Sequence record: MK250021.1
Length of the DNA: 64,000 nucleotides
Reading direction: 5' to 3' (one strand)
Shown: positions 44,250 through 54,731 of the stretch, piece after piece
Layout: each line of letters begins with the position of its first letter
How positions within the stretch are numbered: position 1 is the stretch's first letter
Notes under the pieces: generated by a model
Seen by the model: the letters and a program-made list of their open reading frames with translations, nothing else
The model's database searches: none
Told to the model about the DNA's origin: nothing
Position numbers and translations under genes: made by a program

Positions 44250-44284
44250 AATTAAAATATTTAAATTATTTATATATAATGTAT

Positions 44285-44297
44285 TACAAAGATACAT
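44285..44297 (-). promoter_or_regulatory. Class I promoter
   Basis: TACAAAGATACAT. Confidence 0.65.
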
Positions 44298-44476
44298 ATA
44301 TTTAATAAAATAAAAAAGTTTATAACATGTAGTTGCAAATTTACCTGTAATTAAAAAAGATACAGGTTTACCACTATTTTACATGTTGGACGAATGTCAA
44401 TATTATTATATATATGATATTTATCAATAAAGGCAAATCTATTCCTTAGATTTGCCTTTATTCTGCTATTTAATAA

Positions 44477-46027
44477 TTATGTAATTTCTTTTCGTTTTTC
44501 AAGTATATGTTTTAATATTTCATATTCTGTATTCGCTATTTTCTTATCCATTTTTGCTGCTTTACGCAATGCAAAATAATGTGTAAGAATCGCAGGAACA
44601 ACAGCATTTGGATCTTTTTTATAAACTGCGCCAGAACATGTTTTAATCTCATCAGATTTTGGGATATAATTCTTATCTTTGAATAAGAATGATTCAGGAG
44701 AAATTTGAAATTGTCTCATTATAGATGGATATAGTGACGCGAAATCTAATCCACCTATATATTTAAATATTCCTGGTCTAGTTGGCCACACAAAAGCTCC
44801 AACATATTGATTATCAGTTAGTTCTGTGTTTTTATTAAATGGTTTTTCTGGTATTACCTTATAATTTGGGTACACAAAGTTACACATAACAACATGTGTT
44901 GGTTGAATTGTAGAGAATGCGACATTTAGTTCAAGTCTCAATTCACATGCGAGCATATACCAAATTTCAGCAGTCTTTAAGAATCTGTCTATATGTTCAA
45001 CCAATATGGTATCGATGCAGTTATAGAAAACATATTCTTTGAAATGTTCTTCGAAGAATTCTTTGAATCCCCACGGGTGATTTACCTTCTTGATACCTAA
45101 CGCTTTTTCTGCGACAAAATCAAGTGTATTATTTTCTTTTGGTTGGATAGTCATGTCCCATGTTTTATAAACCAATAAGTAGTCATAAATTATTTTATGC
45201 ATAGGGACTTTCACATTGATTGTTTTACCACCGGATCTTGGAGTAATCTTAAAGTTTGTGAATGTTCTTGTAGGAGAAATTCTTTCAATATCAATATTAT
45301 TGATTTTACATCTATTATAGATATATAACCAGTCGAATCCTAGAAAATTCCATCCAGACATTGCAGGAATTGGTTCGATGAATGTTATATAGTCTTCAAG
45401 CATTTCCCGTTCTGTTGGAAAAAATCTGAATTCAAATTTATATCCTTTTGTAATATCTGATCCATTGTTTTCCTATGAATACTTATCGATTTGTTCTTGG
45501 ACCCATTGTTGTTCTTCTAATGTTAAGTCTTTACGTGACCAAATGATAGTCCTAGGAAATTGTGTCATTGATATAGTATTGATACGAGTTGACGCTTCTT
45601 CTGGATCTGGAAATCCTTCATCTGAAACTTCTGTCTCAATATCACACCACCATGTTGGAGGAATATTCATTTCAAACAGAGGATCAACTGCATGTCCAAA
45701 TGAATTAAGAATTTCATTTATTCTTAATTCAGGAAGTTTATCAACAGGATGCCTACGAACCCATTTATTATCATAAGATTTCCATTGGTGCATAACAGGT
45801 GAACCGTCTGGATTAAACTTATAACATTTGTTTACAAAATCATATTCTTGAAATGGAGGATCTGCATTTTGTCTGTTCGTATATTTCCATTCGAACATTG
45901 ATTCTTTAGGAACAGGATATTGAAGGAATTTAACTTGCCCTTGTTTATCTATATATGATACTATTAATTTCTTTGTCGGTGTGCCATCAGGCAATAAATA
46001 ATCTACCTATTCTTTATTAATTATCAT
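44477..46027 (-). CDS. polB: Family B DNA polymerase, N-terminal subunit (exonuclease, motif A, first finger helix), 516 aa (2 TAG)
   Basis: CDIET (ExoI), WNFLGFDW (ExoII), YNCID (ExoIII), GLDFASLYPSIMR (motif A), RKAAK; ends at TAA with no intein. Confidence 0.93.
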
Positions 46028-46052
46028 AAATGTATAATGATATATTTTCTGA

Positions 46053-46661
46053 TTAAATTATTTTAGATATTATCTTTAATTTAAGAGCTTCTTCTGAAGT
46101 AAGAATCCAATCTTTCTTTCTTGAATAATTATCTTCAAGTTCTTTTCTTGTTATTGCTGTTTCTTCAATGATTAATTTATATATCATTTCAGTAAGTCTC
46201 TTCGCTTCTTTAACATCATCTTCTAAATCTGCTGTTTTCCCGATTGCAACAGAAGATGCTTGATGAATTAAGAATGTTGTATTCTTGGTCGCGAATCTTT
46301 GTTCATAAGGAACAGAAAGAAGAATACAAATACCTGCAGACATACATGCGCCAGTTGCAGTGATATTTGTCTTGCAATGATTATTAAGCATTATTAACAT
46401 ATCATGAATTGCATAACCTTGATAACATGTTCCTCCATATGTGTCTAACCATACATTAACATCTGGTATTTTAATTTCTTCTTTTATATTATGACCGAAA
46501 AATTCTTTTAATGCTTTTTTATTCTCATCAATTATATTATTATCCCCTGTAATTAAATTAGTTACCCATTTAATAATATCATCTGATGTTTTTTCATCAA
46601 TATCTTCTGTAATATATAAATTTCTCTTTGTTACATCAAATGTCTACAATTTATTTTCCAT
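46053..46661 (-). CDS. clpP: Divergent ClpP-like protease, 202 aa (TAG at codon 6)
   Basis: LDTYGG, ACMSAG (Ser), FLIHQ (His), DWILTSEEAL. Confidence 0.85.
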
Positions 46662-46697
46662 ATATTAAAATTTATTAAATATAATTTTAGTTTAAAT

Positions 46698-46726
46698 ATT
46701 ATAGTGAGAAAATTGCGATTTGTTTA
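46698..46726 (-). promoter_or_regulatory. Class II promoter TAAACA-N17-TATAAT
   Basis: Heads the clpP2-polB(N) operon. Confidence 0.65.
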
Positions 46727-46806
46727 TATATAAAAAAGAGATAATAGAATTAAAATAAACTCTATTATCTCTAAAAATATATTTTCATTATTATAAAAAA
46801 AGATTG

Positions 46807-47436
46807 TTATCTTCTACCACCGAAATGTCCACCACCATTAAAATTACCAGGTCTTCCTTGAGTAACTCTCGTTGAACTTCTATCTGACCCAAATCCTTGA
46901 GGTCTTCTCTGTTGATTACCAAAATTAGGTCTACCGCTCTGTGGTGGGCGTTGCATATTATTTGGTTTATTAGGTTGTTGTCCATTTCCAAATGATGGTC
47001 TATTATTAGGTCTACCATAATTCATTGGCTGATGATTATGTTTCATAGGAGGATTTCTAAAATCATTTGGTCTTCCAGATCGCATAGGCGGTTTTCTAAA
47101 TTCATAACCACGTGGTGCAGGTCTCATAAAATGTCTATAACCTGGATGGTAATGATATACAAATCCCCTTGGTTTCATATAAGGGGATGGATAAAAATAC
47201 CAATAATTATTATACCTATATGGATAATAATAGATTCCTCTATATAAGTAATAACTTAAAATATTATCTATATAATATGGTGTTCCATACATAATGACTG
47301 TAGAAAAATCTACTGTAGTTGAAACGGTTGTATATGTATCGTCATCATACTGTTGTGTAGATGCGAATGTTGTTGAACATGCTGAAAATGAAATAACAGC
47401 AAATAACATAATCAAAAAATATTTAATCTTTTTCAT
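46807..47436 (-). CDS. Lipoprotein with Tyr-rich core and disordered R/P/G-rich tail
   Basis: MKKIKYFLIMLFAVISFSA-C lipobox; ends GGGHFGGRR. Confidence 0.75.
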   Translation of the reverse strand: MKKIKYFLIMLFAVISFSACSTTFASTQQYDDDTYTTVSTTVDFSTVIMYGTPYYIDNILSYYLYRGIYYYPYRYNNYWYFYPSPYMKPRGFVYHYHPGYRHFMRPAPRGYEFRKPPMRSGRPNDFRNPPMKHNHQPMNYGRPNNRPSFGNGQQPNKPNNMQRPPQSGRPNFGNQQRRPQGFGSDRSSTRVTQGRPGNFNGGGHFGGRR

Positions 47437-47520
47437 AATCAACACACTTTTTATTATTTATATGATTTAATACATAATTTCTCTACAGTAAATTCATATT
47501 TGTTAGTATGAAAATTCATA

Positions 47521-47985
47521 TTACTTAATACCAAGATGTCTGTCTATCTCATCTTGCGTCTTTACATTATAAACCATTTCATTGATACCGAAATCTTCAC
47601 TACCAAATACAATACCATCTTCATCTACACTGTAATTAGAGACAGACTTCATATATTCAAGTTTCTTTTTATCTGATGGCATTGCTTTCGCTCTCTTATG
47701 ATCATCAAAATATTGATCTTTATAAAACATCCAATAATCAAGAATATCTTTATCTGATTGTTTTTTGATTGCATCAAATGCTTCATCTTTTGTTTTATAT
47801 GGACCTCCAAGTTTCCAGCCCACACGATATGCATGAATTTCATCTTGTGTCATATCACCTGTATAAACATCTTCCATGTTAGAATACCATGTGAAGTATT
47901 CCTCTACATTCTTTGATTCATTAACAGATGTTGAATTACTATTCATTACAGCATTGTAAAATTCATTCTTTTGCTTTGTATTCAT
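47521..47985 (-). CDS. Hypothetical protein, 154 aa (VNES motif)
   Basis: Intact ORF. Confidence 0.7.
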   Translation of the reverse strand: MNTKQKNEFYNAVMNSNSTSVNESKNVEEYFTWYSNMEDVYTGDMTQDEIHAYRVGWKLGGPYKTKDEAFDAIKKQSDKDILDYWMFYKDQYFDDHKRAKAMPSDKKKLEYMKSVSNYSVDEDGIVFGSEDFGINEMVYNVKTQDEIDRHLGIK

Positions 47986-48018
47986 AATTTCAAATATTTT
48001 AATATGTTTAACTTACAA

Positions 48019-48031
48019 TACAAAGATACAT
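48019..48031 (-). promoter_or_regulatory. Class I promoter
   Basis: TACAAAGATACAT. Confidence 0.65.
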
Positions 48032-48052
48032 AAAATATTTGATATTAAAAAA

Positions 48053-48712
48053 TTATTGTATTGTAATATTATATGTCCAACCATCTTTATTATATATTTG
48101 AGAGTCACTGGGAAAATAAACTACTCCAGCGTTTGGTATATCATATGTTCTAGTTTGATATTTTGAGGACGATTCTCCTATATTCATTGTTAGACTTACT
48201 ACAGTTTCAGAAGAAGTATATCTTATAACCATATCTACAACAATAGTATTTCCTACTGGTGAATTATTTTTATAAAAATAATTTTTTACTAAATATGCAC
48301 CATAAATCATTTTTGAACTATTCTGCATATTATACACAAACATTATATCTGCTTTTCTTTCATACACAGTAACAGTTTGCTAAACTTGGAATAATATATT
48401 TCCATTATACTTAAAAGTAATAAGGCGTGAAGATGTTGTTTCTGAGATATTATAGTATATTGACCGACCTGTTGTTTTATCTTCACTACTAGCTGCGTCA
48501 CTGACTCTCGCAGAGCATCCAGATGTATCGCATGTTAATGAAAAAGTATCATTTCCTAATTTATTATTAAAATTACCATCAATATCCTATAAACCAAAAA
48601 ATACCTATCTTGTTGGTAGAACACCAAAAGCACTTGTATCTAACATGCCACTTTTTGCATCCTAATTTATTTGCATAATATTTGTACCTGTATATTTCTA
48701 AAAAGTTGACAT
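48053..48712 (-). CDS. Beta-rich protein, ~219 aa (5 TAG), possible BACON-like tail/adhesion domain
   Basis: Open from ATG 48712 through TAG; S/T-rich; ETTSSRLITF...FQV*Q resembles a BACON C-terminus (weak). Confidence 0.55.
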
Positions 48713-48784
48713 AAAATAAAAAGTATTTTTATATCTACACCCCAATATGAAATACTATAACTTATTTTACATAACTAATAAATA

Positions 48785-49678
48785 ATGAAAAATAATTATT
48801 CATTTCAAATGAATTCTAAATAGATAGGGAAATTAATATATAATTTGGATTTGGGAAAATTCAATTATAAAACAAAATTATTTGAATCTAATAATAAAGA
48901 TAATTGGTGGAGAAATGAAGAATCATATAATACAATAAAATATCATCCATTAAATTCAAATACAAATAATCTATTGTATAAAGAATATGAACAAGAATAT
49001 CTATATGAAGGATTAATAAGTTCAGTAGAACCAAATAAAACAAAAAATATATTAGATAGAAATGCTGGAGGATTTATACATGATATACGCATTGTATATA
49101 ATCCTTTATAGTTAGATATGAAAACACCAGTTATTGATTTCTTTATATATAAAGAAGATTATTATGATTTAGAATATGGTAAAATTGCATATGATGAATT
49201 ATTAACATTAATTAATAATTTAGGATATTTTGTATCAGGTAAAACAGAATTATCAGATATTATAAATGTTGTTATAATGCCAAAATTTTTATACGAAGTA
49301 ACATATGAAATATATAAAGGAGATGGCTTTTTATTTCATATAACTCCATTATAGAATAAAAAGAAAATATTACAAAAAGGATTAATACCAAAATATAAAA
49401 ATTATAGGTTAGATAATTATCCAGATAGAATATATTTTTATACAAGTAAGCAAGAATCTAAATTAAATTTATTATGTAAAAATTTATCTAATAATACATG
49501 TATAAAAGATTGGTTAATTCTTAAAGTAAATATTAAAGATAAAAAAAGTTATAAAGAAAATGATAAATCTACAATGTACAGATTTTTTGAAGATCCAAAA
49601 TCATAGTATGGCATTTTTACATATGAAAATATAGATCCTTAGTGTATATCTATATATAAAGAAATAAGGTTATCATAA
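48785..49678 (+). CDS. Protein with a C-terminal ADP-ribosyltransferase/Tpt1-like fold, 297 aa (5 TAG)
   Basis: Joins track ORFs 48845 and 49118; LFHITP...ILQKGLIPK...PDRIYFY...YRFFEDP motif. Confidence 0.55.
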
Positions 49679-49702
49679 ATATTGATAACCTTATTTTTAT
49701 AT

Positions 49703-50353
49703 TTAATAAATTCTACATTCAACTGATTGATCAACTTCTCTCTCCATACAATAACTTGCAAAGAAATCAGCTTGCATAATCAACACTGACAAAGGAACTT
49801 TCTGATATGACTGTTGCATAGAAGGTTTTTGATAATTACTCATCCATGCTCCAATATCACTCATACCCATATGCCACATTATAGCACACAATTCTTCACC
49901 ACTCAACTTAATAAATGATTGCGCAATGAAAATAGACTTCGGTGCATGTCCAAGTGGAAGTTTCTCGTCTATCTTATATGAATAATACTTAATCCATTGG
50001 TTAGACTCATCTTTCTTAAACTTTTCATACATTACATAATTATTTGCTTTACACAAATCATGTAACAATGCGCAAATAATTAATGAATCTTCAGAAATAC
50101 TATCAATGTTTTTCTCTGGAAGTGCCAACTTTTTATATGTCTCTAAAAATCCTTTGGCCGCATAATATACATTCAATGAATGCTGACATAATCCTCCCGG
50201 ATAATTACAATGATAAATCGTAGAAGACGGTGCTTCAAAGAAATCTGATTTCTCTGAAAGCCAACTAATCAAATTCTCAATACCTTCACGCTTTGTACTT
50301 CTAAGTAACTCAATAAATTCTTGTTTATTCTTCTCTTTTACTATTTGATCCAT
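49703..50353 (-). CDS. HD-domain phosphohydrolase
   Basis: YHCNYPGGLCQHSLNV, LLHDLCK, GH, WHMG, AD. Confidence 0.88.
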   Translation of the reverse strand: MDQIVKEKNKQEFIELLRSTKREGIENLISWLSEKSDFFEAPSSTIYHCNYPGGLCQHSLNVYYAAKGFLETYKKLALPEKNIDSISEDSLIICALLHDLCKANNYVMYEKFKKDESNQWIKYYSYKIDEKLPLGHAPKSIFIAQSFIKLSGEELCAIMWHMGMSDIGAWMSNYQKPSMQQSYQKVPLSVLIMQADFFASYCMEREVDQSVECRIY

Positions 50354-50389
50354 AAAATTTATTATGTTTAAAAATTAATAATTATATTC

Positions 50390-50418
50390 ATTATATAATT
50401 ATACTTTATAAAAGTTTA
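50390..50418 (-). promoter_or_regulatory. Class II promoter TAAACT-N17-TATAAT
   Basis: Motif with 17-bp spacing. Confidence 0.6.
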
Positions 50419-50529
50419 TATAAACAATTCATATTATTTTTTATATAAATAAAATTAATATTAATAATAAATATAAAGATGTAAATATATGAAAACTAAA
50501 TAAAAACATAAGATAAAATAAATTTAATT

Positions 50530-52035
50530 ATGAAAACTAAATTATTGATTTTTTTAATGTGTGCATTCAGTTTTATAGGATTTACTGGATGTTCTACAGA
50601 AGTAGAGAACAACAACACTATCATTATTCCAGGTTATAATGGAACTGAGGTGGTGAAGACAGGTTCTAACTTACTTGTCAATGTTGGAGAAAATAAGTAT
50701 GGTGAGAAAACACAAGCATTATCAAGAGTAAAAGCAATAACACGTGCATCCGTTGATAAATCAACTATTTCGATTACAACAGATGATCAAATCAATACAC
50801 CTACAATTGGTTTGTATTCAAACTATGCATGGAATACTTACACTAATGGTCAGCAAATCTATGTTGGTGCAAGCAATGGTTATCTTTTTGCAACAACATC
50901 ATTGACAACACCTTACAAAACCGAATGGAATGTTAATAATACCATAAGTAATGGTGTACTTACATTGACATCACAGATGTTGGATGACAAATATGCTAAG
51001 CCTGTTCCTGTGACATTCTGGGGTAATCATTCATTAGTAACATCAAGTGTAGAAAAAACAATCTTTGATCCTAATGATAATGATTGGAAGAATATGGCAG
51101 TGACAAGTACAACAAAGTCTGTTGCTATCTCAAAGTCTATTGAATACGCAAATTCAGCTGTTAGAATGAATTTGACATTAGGAACAGAAGGTGTTCTTTG
51201 TTGGTATGACAAGTATGATACATCAAAAGATGAAGCTGATGTTACAACAGTAAAGATAACAGAAGATAATATCAATACTATGCCAACTTCTGAGACAAAG
51301 ACTTATGAAGTAAATGGTAAACAATATAAAATTATCAATATTGATAATATTGGTAGCAAGACCGTAGGAAATTACTTGCATTACAAAGCAGGTTATGCTA
51401 TAAAGATTGCACAAACGGACAAAGGTACAGGAAACTGGCACTTCATTGGTCCTAATGAATCAGATGACATCAACTATGAAGTTCTTGAAGCACGCATTGT
51501 TTCATCTAAATCTTGTACTTATAAGAATGAATATCAATATGAACCAAGTTCAGATGAAGTTACTTATAAGTATGAGTTGAATGAATCACTTCAATCAGGT
51601 GAGAATGCAGTATTCTCTATTATGCCAACATCAGAAAAATCATCTGTTGTCGTTTTGAAATGTAAAATCACAAAATTCCCAACGCAAGATCATGATAGAT
51701 TCCTTTGGTATATCAAAGAATCAATAAAAGATAATTCACCTTACATAAAAGTTGGTGATAACTCTACATTCTATATCATTGGAAAGATTTCAACATCTGA
51801 CAAGACAATACCTACAGGTTCACCTTACTCAACAACATGGAACAAAGGTATTTATTGTCCTGATGTAATAACTAATGTAAATGTACATATTGATGATCTC
51901 ACGGTAAATGGTTCCGTTGTAGTTGATCCAGATGGTTCAGATGAAACAGATATTAATAAGATACATTATAATTTCGATTATGAATATGGTACTATGGATG
52001 GTGTTTGGACAACAGGAAATACAACAAAACATTAA
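50530..52035 (+). CDS. Lipoprotein, 501 aa, type V pilin (Mfa/Fim)-like
   Basis: Lipobox FTG-C; ITR-A after a ~50-aa propeptide; T/S-rich beta sequence; C-terminal FYIIGKI...VTNVNVHIDDL...W. Confidence 0.55.
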   Translation: MKTKLLIFLMCAFSFIGFTGCSTEVENNNTIIIPGYNGTEVVKTGSNLLVNVGENKYGEKTQALSRVKAITRASVDKSTISITTDDQINTPTIGLYSNYAWNTYTNGQQIYVGASNGYLFATTSLTTPYKTEWNVNNTISNGVLTLTSQMLDDKYAKPVPVTFWGNHSLVTSSVEKTIFDPNDNDWKNMAVTSTTKSVAISKSIEYANSAVRMNLTLGTEGVLCWYDKYDTSKDEADVTTVKITEDNINTMPTSETKTYEVNGKQYKIINIDNIGSKTVGNYLHYKAGYAIKIAQTDKGTGNWHFIGPNESDDINYEVLEARIVSSKSCTYKNEYQYEPSSDEVTYKYELNESLQSGENAVFSIMPTSEKSSVVVLKCKITKFPTQDHDRFLWYIKESIKDNSPYIKVGDNSTFYIIGKISTSDKTIPTGSPYSTTWNKGIYCPDVITNVNVHIDDLTVNGSVVVDPDGSDETDINKIHYNFDYEYGTMDGVWTTGNTTKH

Positions 52036-52097
52036 TTATTAAGTTATTATAAAATTAAAAGGAATATAAACAACTAAGTTTATATTCCTTTATTTTT

Positions 52098-52358
52098 TTA
52101 CTTATGACTTTCAATTTCTTTATTAATATCATCAATAGAAACAAGTCCCACCCATTTCTTTAATTCTTCACCATTATCACCTTCCAATACAATAACAGGA
52201 ACATTTCTGATATTATACTTATCAATAACTGCAGATGTTTCATCATCTTCATCATCTACATCATATTTCTTTAATTCACATGTATTAAAGTTTTCCAACC
52301 TCTTATCCATTACATTACATGGACCACACCATGTAGCACCTACTTTAATTAATCTCAT
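52098..52358 (-). CDS. trxA: Thioredoxin
   Basis: ATWCGPC; IRNVPV. Confidence 0.93.
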   Translation of the reverse strand: MRLIKVGATWCGPCNVMDKRLENFNTCELKKYDVDDEDDETSAVIDKYNIRNVPVIVLEGDNGEELKKWVGLVSIDDINKEIESHK

Positions 52359-52376
52359 ATTATTTAAAAATTATTT

Positions 52377-52805
52377 TTACCAACATTCATAATCTGTAAT
52401 ATCTTCAGAATCACCATTTTTGTTACATACAATACGTATACAGCTACCAATACCAGTTCCTCCTTCAATAAACGAAAATGGAAGCTTATATTTACTTTTT
52501 ACATTCCAATTATCTTTATTGTAATTCGTAACATCTTCAGATTCATTACATGTTTCACATACATATGTATGGCTAAAACCACAATTCCACATATCAATTA
52601 AATATACAGAACCTCTACCACCATTGCACACTGCTTTATGCTTTACATAAAAATTATGTGCATTCTTTTTTTCTATATCATCCATTTCAGTAAATCCATG
52701 ATTATCTTTCAATAATGCAATAGATGTGATACAAGACTGTGTACCAACATCATTCTCATGTTTATTAATAAATGATATAGACATTTCTAATTCTTTATCT
52801 GTCAT
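52377..52805 (-). CDS. Hypothetical protein, 142 aa, with an internal duplication
   Basis: Two copies of a GG.G...C...SED(V/I)T(N/D)Y..W unit. Confidence 0.7.
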   Translation of the reverse strand: MTDKELEMSISFINKHENDVGTQSCITSIALLKDNHGFTEMDDIEKKNAHNFYVKHKAVCNGGRGSVYLIDMWNCGFSHTYVCETCNESEDVTNYNKDNWNVKSKYKLPFSFIEGGTGIGSCIRIVCNKNGDSEDITDYECW

Positions 52806-52832
52806 CTTATTAAAATTAATTCAATATTTTAT

Positions 52833-52861
52833 ATTATATGAAAAAAGGTAAGATTTGTTTC
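52833..52861 (-). promoter_or_regulatory. Class II promoter GAAACA-N17-TATAAT
   Basis: Motif with 17-bp spacing. Confidence 0.55.
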
Positions 52862-52893
52862 TTAATCTTACCTTTATATTTTATTTACTATTA

Positions 52894-53868
52894 TTACCAA
52901 AGTGCGGCTGTATAACATAAGTTAGATGTTAATGTAGTATAACCAATAATAGATATAATTCTATTACAAGGTTCAAGAATCATTTTTTCAAATTGTTTAT
53001 CATAATCTATTTCAGGTGCATATTCTATTGGATAAGCGCCAGGTAAAAATGCAAAACAATCATAATTTCTATCCTTTGCATAATACCACTTAACTTTATC
53101 TGCTGTCTTAATAGGATTATACTTTACCTTATATTTCTTATTCTTTGGTTGATTCAAAATAAAGTTAGCAATTCCTGAAGCCTTAACCTGAATAGGACAA
53201 TGTTCTCCGAATACCAACTTATTCTTATCATCAAGAACGAACTTTTGATAATTTCCTATTGAACTACCTTTTGAAATCTCTGATGGATCTTTAAACATAA
53301 ACTGTTGTTTATATCCCTTTATTTTCGCAATAATATCTTCATATGGTGGTCTTTCCTTATGTTCCTGATACCAATGCAACATATAACATGTAAAGTCTTT
53401 TTGACATTCTCTTGCAAATGGTGGTGTAGAACCTTGAACGATCTCAAGTCCCTTATAAACGACTTCTTCCATTTGCTCCAAGAAAATATTAGGTTCCTTA
53501 AAACACTCTGCCATTGCATAATGTTTCTTTGAAGTCAAGATAGTTGTATCTGCAATTTTCTCTAACTCAAGATTCTGAATATTTACATCACAATTATATT
53601 TCTTTGCATATTCCTCATATTTCTGTTGCATATATGGTCCACAACCATAATTCCAAAGATCAACAACAAATTGTGCACATTTAGACTCTGGAATATCAAG
53701 CTGTTGACAAATTCTTCCAAATTCTACATATATTGAGTTGTGAGCCAGTATCTCATTTGCGAAGAATGTATGAGTATCATCTACCTCAATATCATATACA
53801 TACTCATCATTAAAATCTTCAAGTTGCTCTATTACATCAATATCCTCTACTTGTATATTGTAATTCAT
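52894..53868 (-). CDS. polB: Split-intein C fragment fused to the PolB C-terminal part (palm end and thumb)
   Basis: YVYDIEVDDTHTFFANEILAHN|SIY; then LELEKI, KKHYA, KGLEIV. Confidence 0.93.
   Translation of the reverse strand: MNYNIQVEDIDVIEQLEDFNDEYVYDIEVDDTHTFFANEILAHNSIYVEFGRICQQLDIPESKCAQFVVDLWNYGCGPYMQQKYEEYAKKYNCDVNIQNLELEKIADTTILTSKKHYAMAECFKEPNIFLEQMEEVVYKGLEIVQGSTPPFARECQKDFTCYMLHWYQEHKERPPYEDIIAKIKGYKQQFMFKDPSEISKGSSIGNYQKFVLDDKNKLVFGEHCPIQVKASGIANFILNQPKNKKYKVKYNPIKTADKVKWYYAKDRNYDCFAFLPGAYPIEYAPEIDYDKQFEKMILEPCNRIISIIGYTTLTSNLCYTAALW
53737..53868 (-). mobile_element. Split intein IntC (PolB), 44 aa, acidic
   Basis: Blocks F and G with terminal His-Asn and +1 Ser; own ATG. Confidence 0.92.
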
Positions 53869-53927
53869 CTTTTTTCTCCTATTATTAATTGTGTATTTTC
53901 AACATTATTAAAATGTTCTAATATATA

Positions 53928-53956
53928 ATTATATAAATAATTTTTTATATTGTTTT
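53928..53956 (-). promoter_or_regulatory. Class II promoter AAAACA-N17-TATAAT for IntC-polB(C)
   Basis: Motif with 17-bp spacing 60 nt upstream of ATG 53868. Confidence 0.55.
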
Positions 53957-54731
53957 TATATCTTCTCTATCTTTATGTGTTTTATAGAATATCCAGTTAT
54001 CAATAAAATATGGATAAATGAATAACATATTTAATTTATTATTTTTGCATCTTCCCATTTTTGAATATCAGTTTCTGTCCATGTATGAATTAATCCATCA
54101 TAATTATTTTTCGTATTTGTTTTAGAACATTTACTTAAAAAATAATTATACTTATCTTTATCTAATTCTTTATTATATAAACATTTATTATGCCAAAATG
54201 ATCCTTGATACTCTATATATAAATTATACTGTTTTATATAAAAATCACAATTATGATTATATTCTTTTGTTTTATAACATCTTATAACATCATCACCATA
54301 TAATTCATTTAAAAAAACATATAAAATTTCTTCTTCAATAGATGTTTTATATGATTTATGCTTATTATAAGATTCTGTGACTTTATCTTGTATTTCTGAT
54401 AACTATGAAATATAATCATCATCTATTACCATATCATATTATTATGTTCATTTCTATAATTCTTTTCATTATAACAACACTCATCGAATTTTTTCACTTT
54501 TTCTATATATTCATCTATAATATCAATACCTAAATATTTTGCATATATTATTTTTGCATCTGATATATCACATTTATCATTCATTGTAATACAATTAACA
54601 TTATTATTCAATGCAAAGTATATATCTTTATATGTTGATATTATTTGTTTAAGAAAATATTTTAATAACGTATTATGTTTCTTAAACATATTATTCCTTA
54701 TAATCCTTATTTTTGAACGATAATATATCAT
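53945..54731 (-). pseudogene. Degenerate Vsr/EDxHD-like homing endonuclease (two frameshifts)
   Basis: CDFYIKQYNLYIEYQGSFWH; frame breaks near 54430 and at an A5 run near 54042-54046. Confidence 0.7.

Noticed and set aside
53876-53880. AGGAG Shine-Dalgarno before IntC-polB(C)
   Set aside because: Single instance; Bacteroidetes generally do not use SD pairing and other starts here have only A/T-rich leaders, so probably chance
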